Positions 49,977 through 62,126 are shown, counted from the first letter of the stretch. The stretch: DNA of 64,000 nt from Candidatus Poribacteria bacterium (GCA_965215265.1 OZ244048.1:576001-640000); one strand, 5' to 3'. Made by a program: numbers and translations. The notes: a model not told the origin generated them from the letters alone.

Positions 49977-52900
49977 ATGCGAACACCAAAACAGAAACTC
50001 CAAACGCTTCTCCAACAACTCTTCCGTACCGATGCCGCCGAACTCGACTTCGGCATCTACCGCATCATTAACTACCGCCGCAACCAAATCCAAAACTTTA
50101 TAGATACCGAGCTCCCCACCCTCATCAACGACGCGCTCCACGCAGACACACACGCAGAAAATGCACACCAACAGATAGAAACCCTCGCAAAACAGATACA
50201 ACAAACCCTCGGCGACACCGTCTTAGACGCAGACGGAAACCTGCTCAACGAGAACTTCAGACAAGCCCCACTTGTCCAGCAATACCTCACCGCAAAACAA
50301 CAACTCGGCACCCCCAGAACCCAAACCGAGCGCGCCGATGCCGTTTTCAATCACCTCTACACCTTTTTCTCACGCTACTACGAAAATGGCGACTTCCTCC
50401 CACGCAGACGCTACACGCAAACCCAACGATACGCCATCCCGTATAACGGCGAAGAAGTCTACCTCCACTGGGCAAACCGAGAACAATACTACGTCAAAAG
50501 CGGAGAGCATTTCACCGGTTACACGTTCAAAGCCGAAGCGATTACTGTCACCTTCTCGCTCCGCACCATAGACATAGAAAAGGACAACGTCAAAGGCGCG
50601 AAACGCTTCTTCATTCCGCTCTCTGCCGAAACGCAGTATCGCCCGGAAACCAAGCAGCTGGAGCTCCCGTTTGAACATCGTCCGCTCACTGATGCGGAAA
50701 AGAAGCGCTACGGCAAGCAGAAACAACAAGAGAAAATCCTGGATGCCGCTGAACCTGAAATCCTAGCAAACCTGAGCGCTCACTATGAAGTGCTGTCTGC
50801 CCTAGAGCGCCGCACGGATGAACTAAGCACGCTGAAGAAACACCTGCGCACCTACACGCGCCGCAACACGTCGGACTTCTTCATCCACAAGGCGCTGAAG
50901 CGATTCCTGACGCGTGAGTTAGATGTATATCTAAAAAACGAGGTTATCCCTCTGTCTGGCTTTATACTTAACACATATCAAGGGGGGGGGCGGTACGGGC
51001 AAATGGAAACGGCCCCACGCCGCCACCTTGGCTTGAAACCGCACAACTCGTTCACCGCATCGCCACACAACTCATCCACTTCCTCGCTGACATAGAAGAC
51101 TTTCAGAAACGCCTCTGGCTCAAAAAGAAATTCGTCCTCTCTACCGACTACTGCCTCACGCTCGACCGGGTCCCGGAAGCGTTCTACCCCGAAATCGCTC
51201 ACAACCGCGCACAACGCGAGGCGTGGCAGCACCTCTTCGCCATTGAGGATATCGCAGGCCACCTCATCAACACCGACTATTCTGAGCCGCTCACGGTGGC
51301 ATTCCTCCAGCAAAACCCGAACCTCGTTCTGGATACCTGTCACTTCGACGCAGACTTCAAAGACCGGCTGCTGGCACACTTCGACGAACTGGATGCCCAA
51401 ACCGATGGACTGCTCATTCATGGAGAGAATTTCCAAGCGTTAAACCTCCTCACCGCGAAATACCGAGACACCGTGAAAGCCATCTACATAGATCCGCCCT
51501 ATAACACCAAAGGCTCCCCAATTTTGTATAAGAATGACTATAAAGATTCATCATGGATGTCTCTCATGGCTGACCGAATTGCTATTTCCCGGGAGTTATT
51601 AACAAACAACGGTACCTTCTGTGCCGCCATTGATGAAGTGGAAGCTCCTAACCTTTGGCAGCTTCTCCAACAGCTATTTGGCAAAGAAAATGAACTTGGG
51701 GTTGCAGTGGTCTGTACAAACATATCCGGGGTCACAACACCTAAGAGACTCGCTGCATGTCACGAATATGCCATGTTCTTCGGCAAGAAACCTGACGTAA
51801 AGGTCGGACATGTTAAATGGACGGAAAAACAACTCAAAAACTATAAAGATATTGACAATCAAGGCCGCCGTTTCAGATGGGTAAATCTCAGGAATGATGC
51901 CGGAGGCCCTAATAAACTGCGGGAAAACAGCCCGCGTATGTTCTACCCGCTTTTCGTGAGCGATCAGAACATACGCATTCCGAAAATTGAGTGGGATGAA
52001 GAAGCTAGGCAGTGGCAACTATTAGAATCCCCTACCCCGAATGAAACAGAAGTATTACCGATTCAGCCAAATGGAAATGAAGTGACATGGCAATACTCGA
52101 TAGAACGGGTGGAGGCGATGTTATCATCATCCGAACTGTATGCGAGAAAAGATAAAAATGGGAATATCCGAATCCGCTTAAAGTGGTTCCTAAAAGAGGA
52201 GGGTATATTGCCAAAAACATGGTGGGATAAAAATGTATACGCTGCTGGTAGATATGGAACGACTTTTCTCACAGATATGTTCAGCGACAATTTTGCATTT
52301 CCATATCCGAAGTCCATCTATCTCGTAGAGGATTGCCTCCGCGTCTCTTCGCTGGGTAAAAACGATACTGTCTTAGACTACTTCGCAGGTTCTGGCACCA
52401 CCGCCCACGCCACCATCAACCTGAACCGCCAAGACAACGGCAACCGAAAATATATTCTCGTAGAAATGGGACACCACTTCAACACCGCTCTCAAACCCCG
52501 GCTCCTCAAAGCCATATACGCACAAAACTGGAAACACGCAAAACCCACATCACGCCAAAGCAAACTCTCACACCTCTTCAAATACCAACGCATAGAATCC
52601 TACGAAGATACACTCAACAACATCCAGTTCAAAACACACCAAAATCCGCTCTTTCAAGAACCGATGCTACGCTATCTGTTAGGAAACGAAACCCATGAGA
52701 GCCCAACGCTGCTCAACATTGAGAAGCTCCAAACCCCATTTCACTATCAACTCAACATCGTCACCGGGCTAAACACACAAACACAAACCATAGACATTCC
52801 GGAAACCTTCAACTACCTGCTTGGGCTCACCGTCAAAACCCGGCGCGTCTTCTACGATAAAGCCAGACGCTACCTCGTCTACCGTGGCACTCTCCAGGCG

Positions 52901-53092
52901 AAGAGCGTCACGATTATCTGGCGAGAGACGCACGGCTGGCAACCGGAAGATTGGGAAAGAGACTCTCGTTTTATTCAACACCATAAACTCACGGAACACG
53001 CAGACACGCTCTATGTGAACACCGACAGCATCGTCCCCGAGGCAAAAGCGTTGGACGTGCTCTTCAAACAGTTAATGTTCACCGAACCGTGA
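49977..53092 (+). CDS. mod: Type III R-M methyltransferase (Mod), frameshifted at a G9 tract
   Basis: LDFGIYRI, YNGEEV.LHWAN, DFFIHK in the first frame; IEDFQK.LW.KKKFV, YIDPPYNT, YPKS, DYFAGSGTT in the second frame, open from 50972; G9 at 50982-50990. Confidence 0.85.
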
Positions 53093-53218
53093 ACCGGCGG
53101 GCGCGAAAATGTTACCGGTTCCGCCTTTTTTTGGGGGGGGGAAATATGAGAGAAAACGCCTCTGCACCTATACAGGGCGTGCGTTATCAACTAGATGCAA
53201 CATGTTACCAAAAACAGA

Positions 53219-53244
53219 AAAACGTTACCAAACGGTAACGTTTT
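53219..53244. promoter_or_regulatory. Perfect inverted repeat (operator or hairpin)
   Basis: aaaacgttacc-aaac-ggtaacgtttt just before the RBS of 53261; extra gttacc half-sites upstream. Confidence 0.4.
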
Positions 53245-53260
53245 AAGGAGAAATAAAAAG

Positions 53261-53998
53261 ATGAAATTCAAAGAAAAACACAAGCAATTCGCCGTCAAAT
53301 GCTACGCGCGATTTATGAAACGCTCTGATGTCCTTGCGGCATTCATGTCAGAATTTTTTCACGATGTATTGCAGCCACACCTCGAAGAAAGCCTTGAAGA
53401 GAACGCCTCGGTGGAGCTTATAGAAAAAGCGGCCGATTTATTCAAGGCATTAAACATGCGAATAGAAGCCACGGAGAAAAGAATGGAGTCGTGGAATCTC
53501 CCCCCAGAGTCGGATATCACCAGCGCCGACGTAATCACCAGCTTGGCATCCTATTTTGGAAACCCAGGACTGCCTAAGGAATTTATGATCACAGTCACCA
53601 AAAAACTCTCAGAGCAACTTCGCAGGTTCGACATTACCCATCGCCAATTTCCTAAAAAATACGAGACACTGTTTTACGAAACCCGCAGAGACTTTTGTGC
53701 CAGCTACAACGATGCCAACCTGCAAAACGCAGATAACATCGCTACGGAATTGAACAACCTCTACGGCTACACCAAACAACTCGCCTTTCAAGAAGAAGAA
53801 CCGGAAAAGGCCATAAAACACGTGAACCTCGCACACCAACTCCTCAAAACCCTGATTACCTACAAAGCACTCAACGCAGAGCAAAACCTCGTAGATGTCA
53901 CCCCCGGAACCGCAAAAGACATGATAGGAGCTCCGAAACATTTAACGCAACAATTAGAGAAGAACGCAGAAACAACAAACGGGAAACAACCGTCATGA
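53261..53998 (+). CDS. Hypothetical protein, weakly DUF2280-like
   Basis: AGGAG RBS; KQFAVKCYARF and KKYETLFYETRRDF resemble DUF2280 segments from memory. Confidence 0.55.
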   Translation: MKFKEKHKQFAVKCYARFMKRSDVLAAFMSEFFHDVLQPHLEESLEENASVELIEKAADLFKALNMRIEATEKRMESWNLPPESDITSADVITSLASYFGNPGLPKEFMITVTKKLSEQLRRFDITHRQFPKKYETLFYETRRDFCASYNDANLQNADNIATELNNLYGYTKQLAFQEEEPEKAIKHVNLAHQLLKTLITYKALNAEQNLVDVTPGTAKDMIGAPKHLTQQLEKNAETTNGKQPS

Positions 53999-54035
53999 GT
54001 GTCCGAACAGCCCCTATTGTCTTTCGCTAAAGCAA

Positions 54036-57000
54036 ATGTCTACTTTTCAAGGAATTCGCACTATGTCCAAACCTCGCAGCCTAGAAACCGAGCTCCTCCG
54101 CCACGCCTGGCTCAATCACAACTTCGGCTACAACACCACCGGCGAGCTGCTCCACGCCATGAAAAACGAAGCGGAACGCCTCAGCCAAGACGGACACGCC
54201 GCCCTCACTGAAGCGCTCCGCGCACGCGCCACACCGCCAATCGCAGACGCACTCCCAACCTACGATGCCAACATCCAACGCCACCTCAATGCCATCAACC
54301 GCACCCGAATCCAACCCATCCGCCTCCGCTATTTCCAATACCTCGCACTCCTCTACACCGAAATCTGCCTCGATTGGACATTGAATAAACGCACCGCCTT
54401 CTTGCACCACCTCAACGCCTTCGTCCAACAACGCAACGCCGACAAAGCCCCCGGCGAACCCCAACACGCCCGCTTCACCGACGCAGAACTCGATAAACTC
54501 GCCTTCTGGATGGCGACAGGGGCAGGCAAAACCCTCATTCTCCACATCAACTACCACCAGTTCCGACACTACTGCCAAACCCCGTTGGATGACATTCTGC
54601 TCATCACGCCCAACGAGGCTTTGAGCGAACAACACCGGCGCGAACTCGCAAACTCTGACATCCCCGCAGAACGCTTCCAAATGCACCGAAACCGCATCGC
54701 ACACACACACAACGCCATACAGATACTCGAAATCACAAAACTCGTCATCCAAAAAACAGGAGAAGGCGACACCATACCCGTTGAGGCGTTTGAGGGCAAC
54801 AACCTTATTTTCGTTGATGAGGGACACAAAGGCACCGGCGGAGATGTCTGGCGCCACCTTCGCCAACAACTCGCCCAGACAGGCTTCACCTTTGAATACA
54901 GCGCCACCTTCGGACAAGCGCTCGCCGCCGCAAAAAACCGAGAACGCGTTGAGGAATACGGCAAAGCCATCGTCTTCGACTATTCATACCGCCACTTTTA
55001 CGCAGACGGCTACGGAAAAGACTTCCGCATCCTCAACCTCAAACACGACGAACACACCCAAACCGAGACGCTCCTCCTCGCCAATCTCCTCGCTTTCTAC
55101 CAACAGCACCACTACTTCACACACAACCGAGACATCGCACACACCTATGGATTAGACGCACCCCTCTGGGCGTTCGTCGGCAGCAAAGTCAACGCCGTCT
55201 ATACCGAAAAGCACACAAAACGCTCCGATGTCCTCACCGTCCTCCGATTCCTCCACCGATTCCTAAAAAACCCGCACAACTGGGCCATCCGCACCCTCGC
55301 CAAAATCCTGAATGGAGAGAGCGGGCTCACCGATGAAAACGGCACCGATGTCTTCGCCAACCAATTCCCTCTGCTCTCTCAACTTCACAAAACCCCAGCC
55401 GACATATACACCGCCATCCTCACAGAAGTCTTCCATACCGATACCCATGGCGCACTGCATCTCTCTCACATCCGAAACGCACCCGGCGAAATCGCACTCA
55501 AAGCCACACACGGCCGCCAGAACTTCGGACTGCTCTACATCGGCGATACCGCTTCCTTCAAAAAACTCGTTGAAACCGATGATGCCGCCATCGTCTTCGA
55601 CACCGATAATCTCATCACGGAGAGCCTTTTCACCCACATCAACACGCCCACGAGCCCCATCAATCTCCTCATCGGCGCCAAAAAGTTCATAGAGGGCTGG
55701 GACAGCTGGCGTGTCACCGCCATGGGACTGCTCAACATCGGCAGGCAAGAAGGCGCACAAATCATACAACTCTTCGGGCGCGGAGTGCGCCTGCGCGGCA
55801 AACAGATGAGCCTAAAACGCAGCAGCGCCCTCGACGGCGAACATCCACCCCATCTCCGGCTATTGGAAACCCTCAACATCTTCGCCGTCCGGGCAAACTT
55901 CATGGCACAATTCCGAGAATACCTCACCCGTGAAGGTATCCCTGCAGAAGAACCTGTCCACATAGAAATCCCCATCAAACCCAACAAAGATTGGCTACAG
56001 GCACCGCTGTTTGTCCCAGAAGTCCCAGCCTACCGCGACGACGCGAAAGACACCTGCGTGCCCTTAGCCGTCAACCCAGGCATCTATATCACCCATCGCA
56101 CCCAAACCGTTGAAATCCTACAAAGTCGCAACACCGAAAGCATACAAGACAGCACCGCACAACCCGCCATAACCCACGCACACATCCCACACGACAGCCT
56201 CAACCTCCTCAACTGGGAAGCAATCTACCTCCAACTCATCGAATACAAACAGCAAAAGCAGTATCACAATCTCATCTTCGATACCCCCACCCTCAAACGC
56301 ATCATCGCCCCAGACGCTGGCACCTATCAACTCGCCATCAGAGACGAAACTGACATCATACCCACGTCTCTCACAGAACTCGCCCGGGTAGAGCAACTCG
56401 TCCTCACACTGCTCCGCAAGTATCTCACCAAATTCTACGGCACCATCCAGAAACGGTGGAGTGAGCATCGCATCCGCCTCCGCATCTTAGACGAAAAAGA
56501 CACGAACTTCACCAACTGGCGCGTCGCCATCTCCCAAAACAACGCACAGGAACTGGTGCCGCACCTCACAGCCCTCATAGAGGCTGGCACCATCTACGGC
56601 CCCGACTTCACCGCGCTACCCACCGCCTATAACGAATGCCACCTCTACCAACCCCTCCTCGCCGAGGACAACCGCACCATAGAACGCACCACCCCACCCC
56701 CTTTGAACGCAAGCGAAAAAGCGTTTGTCGAAGATATGCACCGCTACATCCGAAAACATCACAACAGAAAACAGATTGTCCTCTTACGCAACCACAGCCG
56801 AGGCAAAGGCATCGGATTCTATCAAAACCACGGATTCTACCCCGACTTCATCCTCTGGATGCTTCACGACGGCAAACAACGCATCGTCTTCATTGAACCG
56901 CACGGCCTGATGCATGAAGCCATCAACCCACACAACCACAAAATCACGCTATTCAAAACACTCCGCCACATCAGCGATACACGGTTCCGCAGGCAGCCCG

Positions 57001-57152
57001 TCGAAATGGATGCCTATATCATCTCCAGCACCGATTTCACACAGATGCAGAAAAAATGCGGACTCGACAAACTGACTTTCGAGCAGTGGCATATCCTTTT
57101 CCCAAACCCTACCGATACCACATACCTCGAACCAATTTTCAGACAGACGTAA
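54036..57152 (+). CDS. res: Type III restriction subunit (Res), SF2 helicase plus nuclease
   Basis: FWMATGAGKT, VDEGH, EYSATF, QLFGRGVRLRG, C-terminal FYPDFILW..FIEPHG. Confidence 0.92.
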   Translation: MSTFQGIRTMSKPRSLETELLRHAWLNHNFGYNTTGELLHAMKNEAERLSQDGHAALTEALRARATPPIADALPTYDANIQRHLNAINRTRIQPIRLRYFQYLALLYTEICLDWTLNKRTAFLHHLNAFVQQRNADKAPGEPQHARFTDAELDKLAFWMATGAGKTLILHINYHQFRHYCQTPLDDILLITPNEALSEQHRRELANSDIPAERFQMHRNRIAHTHNAIQILEITKLVIQKTGEGDTIPVEAFEGNNLIFVDEGHKGTGGDVWRHLRQQLAQTGFTFEYSATFGQALAAAKNRERVEEYGKAIVFDYSYRHFYADGYGKDFRILNLKHDEHTQTETLLLANLLAFYQQHHYFTHNRDIAHTYGLDAPLWAFVGSKVNAVYTEKHTKRSDVLTVLRFLHRFLKNPHNWAIRTLAKILNGESGLTDENGTDVFANQFPLLSQLHKTPADIYTAILTEVFHTDTHGALHLSHIRNAPGEIALKATHGRQNFGLLYIGDTASFKKLVETDDAAIVFDTDNLITESLFTHINTPTSPINLLIGAKKFIEGWDSWRVTAMGLLNIGRQEGAQIIQLFGRGVRLRGKQMSLKRSSALDGEHPPHLRLLETLNIFAVRANFMAQFREYLTREGIPAEEPVHIEIPIKPNKDWLQAPLFVPEVPAYRDDAKDTCVPLAVNPGIYITHRTQTVEILQSRNTESIQDSTAQPAITHAHIPHDSLNLLNWEAIYLQLIEYKQQKQYHNLIFDTPTLKRIIAPDAGTYQLAIRDETDIIPTSLTELARVEQLVLTLLRKYLTKFYGTIQKRWSEHRIRLRILDEKDTNFTNWRVAISQNNAQELVPHLTALIEAGTIYGPDFTALPTAYNECHLYQPLLAEDNRTIERTTPPPLNASEKAFVEDMHRYIRKHHNRKQIVLLRNHSRGKGIGFYQNHGFYPDFILWMLHDGKQRIVFIEPHGLMHEAINPHNHKITLFKTLRHISDTRFRRQPVEMDAYIISSTDFTQMQKKCGLDKLTFEQWHILFPNPTDTTYLEPIFRQT

Positions 57153-57433
57153 AAAAACTTGCCAATTAACCCAAAAATCGGTTATTATAAACATGATATC
57201 AAATTATTCTCTCTTGATAAGGGCTCTCTGTTATCTACAAAAGCAGGCAGTTCGGGCAGGGCACCTCCATAGGGGTGCGGGCTCCACCCCGCCGGCGCTT
57301 GTAGAACCGTTGTCACGTGTTCACACGCGCCGAATGCCCAAGCACAGCCATTAACGCATTCATAACGTTGAAGCTGATGCTGGCACTCGCATCCATGATT
57401 TCGACAAGCGCGTACGGACAGGTCCAGTAGAAC

Positions 57434-58819
57434 ATGAAACACGACACCTTAAAAAAAGCACATAATGAGCTCCGGACCCTACTCGGAACCCAATTTAACA
57501 CAGATCATGGAACCCGGGAAGTGCATGCACGCGATGCATCCTATCACCGCGGACCACTCCCTGCCGCCGTCGCGTTTCCCAAAACCAACACACAAGTCGT
57601 ACACATCGTCAAAATCTGTGCAAAATACAATATCCCAATAGTCCCATACGGCACCGGCACCGGCGTAGAAGGCGCTGTCATCCCTATCGATGGGGCGCTC
57701 TCTATCTCACTTAAACAGATGAACCGCATCTTACGCGTCAGCAAACACGACAGAGATGCCACAGTCCAAGCCGGTGCCACACGCCTACAACTAAACGCCC
57801 ATCTCGCACACATCGGCACGCAGCTCCATTTCCCTGTTGACCCCGGTGCAGACGCATCACTAGGCGGCATGGCGGCTACACGCGCCTCCGGCACCAGCGC
57901 CGTCAGATACGGAACAATGCAAGACAATACCCTCGCACTCTCTGTCGTCACAGCAGACGGCACAATGCTACAGACAGGCAACCGGGCAAGGAAATCCGCC
58001 GCCGGCTACGATCTGACCCGGCTCTTCATCGGCTCCGAAGGCACCCTAGGCATCATCACCGAAATTACACTCAAATTAACACCACTACCCCAAGCCGTTG
58101 CCGCCGCCGTCTGTGCCTTTCCAAACGTTAATGCCGCCATCAATACCGTCATTCAACTCATACAAGAACAGTGCAACGTCGCACGCATCGAACTCCTTGA
58201 CGAACGCCTGATGAACGCCGTCAACAATTATGCCGGACTCGCCTATCAAGTCGCACCAACCCTCTTCTTTGAATTCCACGGCTCAACCCAAACCGTCACA
58301 GAAAACTCAAAACTGGCACAAGCCATCGCAGCACAATACACACACACCGAATTCCAATGGGCTACTGAAGAAAAGCAACGACAAAAACTCTGGAAAGCAC
58401 GATACGATAGCTACTACGCCGCTCTTAATATGCGCCCCGGTTCCGTCGGGTATGTCACCGACGCATGCGTACCAATATCACACCTCGCCGAATGTATCAC
58501 TAAAACACAGCAGCTACTTGACAATTCCGAAATGCTCGCCGCTTTATTGGGGCATGTCGGAGACGGAAACTTCCACGTCGTTTTCCCTCTAGAACCGAAC
58601 AACCCGCACGAACTGGCAAACGCTCGCCATCTCAGCCAACAAATCGTTAACATCGCCCTAGAACTCAACGGCACCTGCACCGGCGAACACGGCATCGGTA
58701 TCGGAAAACGGGACGCATTAAAAAAAGAGAATCCAAACGCATTTCACTTAATGCGCACCATCAAACACGCACTCGACCCGAAAAACATTATGAACCCCGG
58801 CACGCTCTTCACAGAATAG
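57434..58819 (+). CDS. FAD-linked oxidase (D-lactate dehydrogenase/GlcD family)
   Basis: FPVDPGA, AGYDLTRLFIGSEGTLGII, GHVGDGNFH, GEHGIG, DPKNIMNPG. Confidence 0.93.
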   Translation: MKHDTLKKAHNELRTLLGTQFNTDHGTREVHARDASYHRGPLPAAVAFPKTNTQVVHIVKICAKYNIPIVPYGTGTGVEGAVIPIDGALSISLKQMNRILRVSKHDRDATVQAGATRLQLNAHLAHIGTQLHFPVDPGADASLGGMAATRASGTSAVRYGTMQDNTLALSVVTADGTMLQTGNRARKSAAGYDLTRLFIGSEGTLGIITEITLKLTPLPQAVAAAVCAFPNVNAAINTVIQLIQEQCNVARIELLDERLMNAVNNYAGLAYQVAPTLFFEFHGSTQTVTENSKLAQAIAAQYTHTEFQWATEEKQRQKLWKARYDSYYAALNMRPGSVGYVTDACVPISHLAECITKTQQLLDNSEMLAALLGHVGDGNFHVVFPLEPNNPHELANARHLSQQIVNIALELNGTCTGEHGIGIGKRDALKKENPNAFHLMRTIKHALDPKNIMNPGTLFTE

Positions 58820-58839
58820 GAACAATCGCACAAACACCA

Positions 58840-59880
58840 ATGTCTATAACGCATACCGACAAAAACATGTTCCACGATAGAAACAAAAAATGGAGCATCC
58901 TACTCACCGATTACGCATGGGCCTCCGTTGAAACTGAGCGCCAGCTTCTCAGTGAAATTGGGGCAGAGCTCACTGTCGCTAAAACCGGGGACGAAACCGA
59001 ACTCCTTGAACACGCACCAACAATCGACGGCCTCCTCACATGCTGGAAACCCGTCCAATCAAACGTCATCAGTAGCGCCAAGAAATGTCAAATTATCGCC
59101 CGGTGCGGCATCGGCTTAGATAACATCGATGTCGAAACCGCAACACAACACGGCATCGTTGTCACCAACGTACCCGCCTACTGTGTAGACGAAGTCTCTG
59201 ACCACGCTCTCGCGTTGCTCCTCGCCAGTGCACGCAAAATACCACGTTTTAACACCGCCGTCAAAAACGGCACCTGGGAACAGAATATCGGCCCGCACAT
59301 CTACCGCTTGCGCGGCAAAACCGTGGGCATCGTCGGATTCGGAAAAATCGCCAAAGCATTCCTACCAAAAGCACGCAGTTTGGGACTAAAAGTCATCGTC
59401 TATTCGCCGCGCACATCGCAGCAACATATTGAAAACCACAGCGCACTAAAGGTAAACTTTCATCAACTCCTAAACGACGCTGATTTCATTACCATACACG
59501 CACCGCTCACATCTGAAACGGAGGGCATGTTCGCAACTGTAGAATTTCAGGCAATGAAACCTACCGCCGTCTTGATTAACACTGCACGCGGAGGCATCGT
59601 CAACACCGAAGCACTCACAACAGCACTCGTAAATAGAGACATCGCCGGTGCCGCTCTCGATGTCCTTCAAATCGAACCACCGCAACCCAATCATAAACTC
59701 TTAAAATGTGATAATGTTATACTGACACCACACGCAGCCTTTATATCAGAAGAGGCCCTTCTCGAACTTCAAGTCACTGCCGCTTCATGCGTGACACAAC
59801 TCCTCACCGGTCAGCTGCCCGAATCTGTTGTCAACCCAGAGGTACTGGAACGCCCAAACCTCCGGGCAAAATTCAATTAA
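58840..59880 (+). CDS. D-2-hydroxyacid dehydrogenase family protein (CtBP-like)
   Basis: [41 protein letters not shown]. Confidence 0.93.
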   Translation: MSITHTDKNMFHDRNKKWSILLTDYAWASVETERQLLSEIGAELTVAKTGDETELLEHAPTIDGLLTCWKPVQSNVISSAKKCQIIARCGIGLDNIDVETATQHGIVVTNVPAYCVDEVSDHALALLLASARKIPRFNTAVKNGTWEQNIGPHIYRLRGKTVGIVGFGKIAKAFLPKARSLGLKVIVYSPRTSQQHIENHSALKVNFHQLLNDADFITIHAPLTSETEGMFATVEFQAMKPTAVLINTARGGIVNTEALTTALVNRDIAGAALDVLQIEPPQPNHKLLKCDNVILTPHAAFISEEALLELQVTAASCVTQLLTGQLPESVVNPEVLERPNLRAKFN

Positions 59881-59909
59881 GTCTTTTACACACACACACG
59901 GAGACACAA

Positions 59910-61103
59910 ATGCAACAACTCCCTGATGCAACAGGACATTTTGGACAATTCGGAGGGAGATACGTCCCTGAAACCTTAATGCCTGCTTTACTTGAGCTCG
60001 AAGAAGCATACAACACCCTCAAAACCAATCCGGAGTTTCAAAATGAATTTCACGAATACCTCCGAGAATACGTCGGCAGACCCAATCCGCTCTATTACGC
60101 AGAACGCTTGACACACGCACTCGGTGGCGCAAAAATATATCTCAAACGTGAAGATCTCAACCACACCGGTGCACACAAAATTAACAGTGCCATCGGACAA
60201 ATCCTGCTCGCTCGCTGGATGGGCAAAAAACGGATCATCGCCGAAACCGGTGCCGGACAGCACGGTGTCGCTACTGCAACCGTCGCCGCAAAATTCAACA
60301 TGCAATGCGAAGTCTACATGGGCGAAGAGGACATCGAACGCCAGGCACTCAACGTCTTCCGTATGCAACTCATGGGCACAAAGGTCATACCGGTTAATTC
60401 CGGCTCTCGCACTCTCAAAGATGCAATCAACGCATGCTTCCGGGACTGGGTAACCAATGTCCGTAGCACATATCTCTTACTCGGCTCTGTCGTCGGCGCA
60501 CACCCATACCCCATGATAGTCCGAGATTTCCAAGCTGTCATCGGTGAAGAAACAAAAGCACAAATCATAAAAAAAGAAGGCAAATTGCCCGACTGCATCG
60601 TCGCATGCGTCGGCGGCGGCAGCAACTCGCTCGGCATGTTCTATCCTTTTTACGCCGATAAAACCGTCAAACTCATCGGCGTTGAAGCAGCAGGCGAAAG
60701 CATCTGCAGCAGGAGACACGCAGCACCTCTTACTGCCGGCACCATCGGTGTCTTCCACGGAGCCAAGTGTTACCTCTTGCAAGAAGACGACGGGCAGATA
60801 ACACCAGCACACTCTATCTCTGCAGGATTAGATTACCCCGGAGTCGGACCCGAACACAGTTATTATCGACAAACCGGTAGAGCTGAATACGTACCAATCA
60901 CCGATGCAGAGGCCGTCGAAGGATTCCAACTGCTCTCCCAAACCGAAGGCATCATACCCGCATTAGAATCCGCACACGCAATCGCATACCTCCCAAAACT
61001 CGCAACCCAAATGGACAAACAACAGACTATCGTCGTCTGCCTCTCCGGACGCGGAGACAAAGATGTATACACCATCGCAGACCAAGTGGGAGTAACACTA
61101 TAG
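59910..61103 (+). CDS. trpB: Tryptophan synthase beta chain
   Basis: [49 protein letters not shown]; start at MQQLP. Confidence 0.98.
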   Translation: MQQLPDATGHFGQFGGRYVPETLMPALLELEEAYNTLKTNPEFQNEFHEYLREYVGRPNPLYYAERLTHALGGAKIYLKREDLNHTGAHKINSAIGQILLARWMGKKRIIAETGAGQHGVATATVAAKFNMQCEVYMGEEDIERQALNVFRMQLMGTKVIPVNSGSRTLKDAINACFRDWVTNVRSTYLLLGSVVGAHPYPMIVRDFQAVIGEETKAQIIKKEGKLPDCIVACVGGGSNSLGMFYPFYADKTVKLIGVEAAGESICSRRHAAPLTAGTIGVFHGAKCYLLQEDDGQITPAHSISAGLDYPGVGPEHSYYRQTGRAEYVPITDAEAVEGFQLLSQTEGIIPALESAHAIAYLPKLATQMDKQQTIVVCLSGRGDKDVYTIADQVGVTL

Positions 61104-61211
61104 AAGCATAGAAGCAACGCAGCCCAAACCCAGTGGGTGGCAGGTAAAAGGTTATCTTGTCTCATGGACAGAGAAAGAATACCTATCCTGCCACTGCTAC
61201 GAGGTGGCATA

Positions 61212-61826
61212 ATGACACGAAAAGCAAACCCACCATTCAAAAACCGAACGCTATCCCAAAAAATCCGAACCGGTATTCATTGGCTTTCACACCCAGACGG
61301 CCCCCTCCGGAACTGGCGATACATTCCAACGCGACTCCTACTCCGCAAATTGCACTCCACATCCTATGAAATTCGAGCCTATGCCGCTGAAGGACTCGGG
61401 GCCGTCGGAGACATCCATGCAATCATCCCCCTCATTGAAGCGCTCAGCGACAGCAACGCAACCGTCCGACGCTTCGCTATCTCATCACTCGGACACCTTC
61501 GCGACGAGCGCGCAATTGAACCGCTCATCCCATTTCTACACGATGATGAACCAGATATGCGATGTGCCGCCGTCGTCGCACTCGGGGAACTAGGACTGAG
61601 CGATGAACGCACCGCAAAACCACCTGTCCGAATCATAGAGGCTCTAATCGCCAGCATCACTGACAACGACAGAGCCGTCTGCTCTGCCGCCGTCGTCGCA
61701 CTCGGCAGAATCGGCAATACACAGGCCATCTCTGCACTCAAGACACTCGCCCAAAATACCGAAAGCGAATGGATCCGACGATATATCAGCGAAGCACTCC
61801 ACCAAATCAACGAACAGAACCTCTAA
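61212..61826 (+). CDS. HEAT-like repeat protein
   Basis: Repeated R..AA.ALG.I.D..AI..LI..L.D units. Confidence 0.88.
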   Translation: MTRKANPPFKNRTLSQKIRTGIHWLSHPDGPLRNWRYIPTRLLLRKLHSTSYEIRAYAAEGLGAVGDIHAIIPLIEALSDSNATVRRFAISSLGHLRDERAIEPLIPFLHDDEPDMRCAAVVALGELGLSDERTAKPPVRIIEALIASITDNDRAVCSAAVVALGRIGNTQAISALKTLAQNTESEWIRRYISEALHQINEQNL

Positions 61827-62030
61827 CCGGTTCCTGTCTGTTTGTAGTCGTGCACTTCATTGCCTATCTCTCGCAATACCGCCTTGACATCCCACTATTA
61901 GCAGTTGAGGCTATACTTTAAACAAAAGGAGACATCCGCCATGCTCGCTTTTAAAAAATTGCTGGATTTAGTTCTACCAACATTCCCCGCTTGGCGTGTT
62001 TGGGAGGAAGCCTTCACCGCATTTGACAAA

Positions 62031-62126
62031 CTTTCGTCTACAGGAGCCCGTAACAAGGCGGCTGCAATGTTAAAACCTCGGATTTAACAATACATAACCC
62101 TTGATGGTACCAAGATATACAAAAAG
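62031..62126. repeat. Composite dispersed repeat
   Basis: Joins the 20197-20244 module (inverted) to the 16129-16177 module. Confidence 0.75.

Noticed and set aside
54081-56468. Long antisense ORFs opposite res (also opposite other genes)
   Set aside because: Shadow ORFs caused by codon bias; no recognisable motifs.
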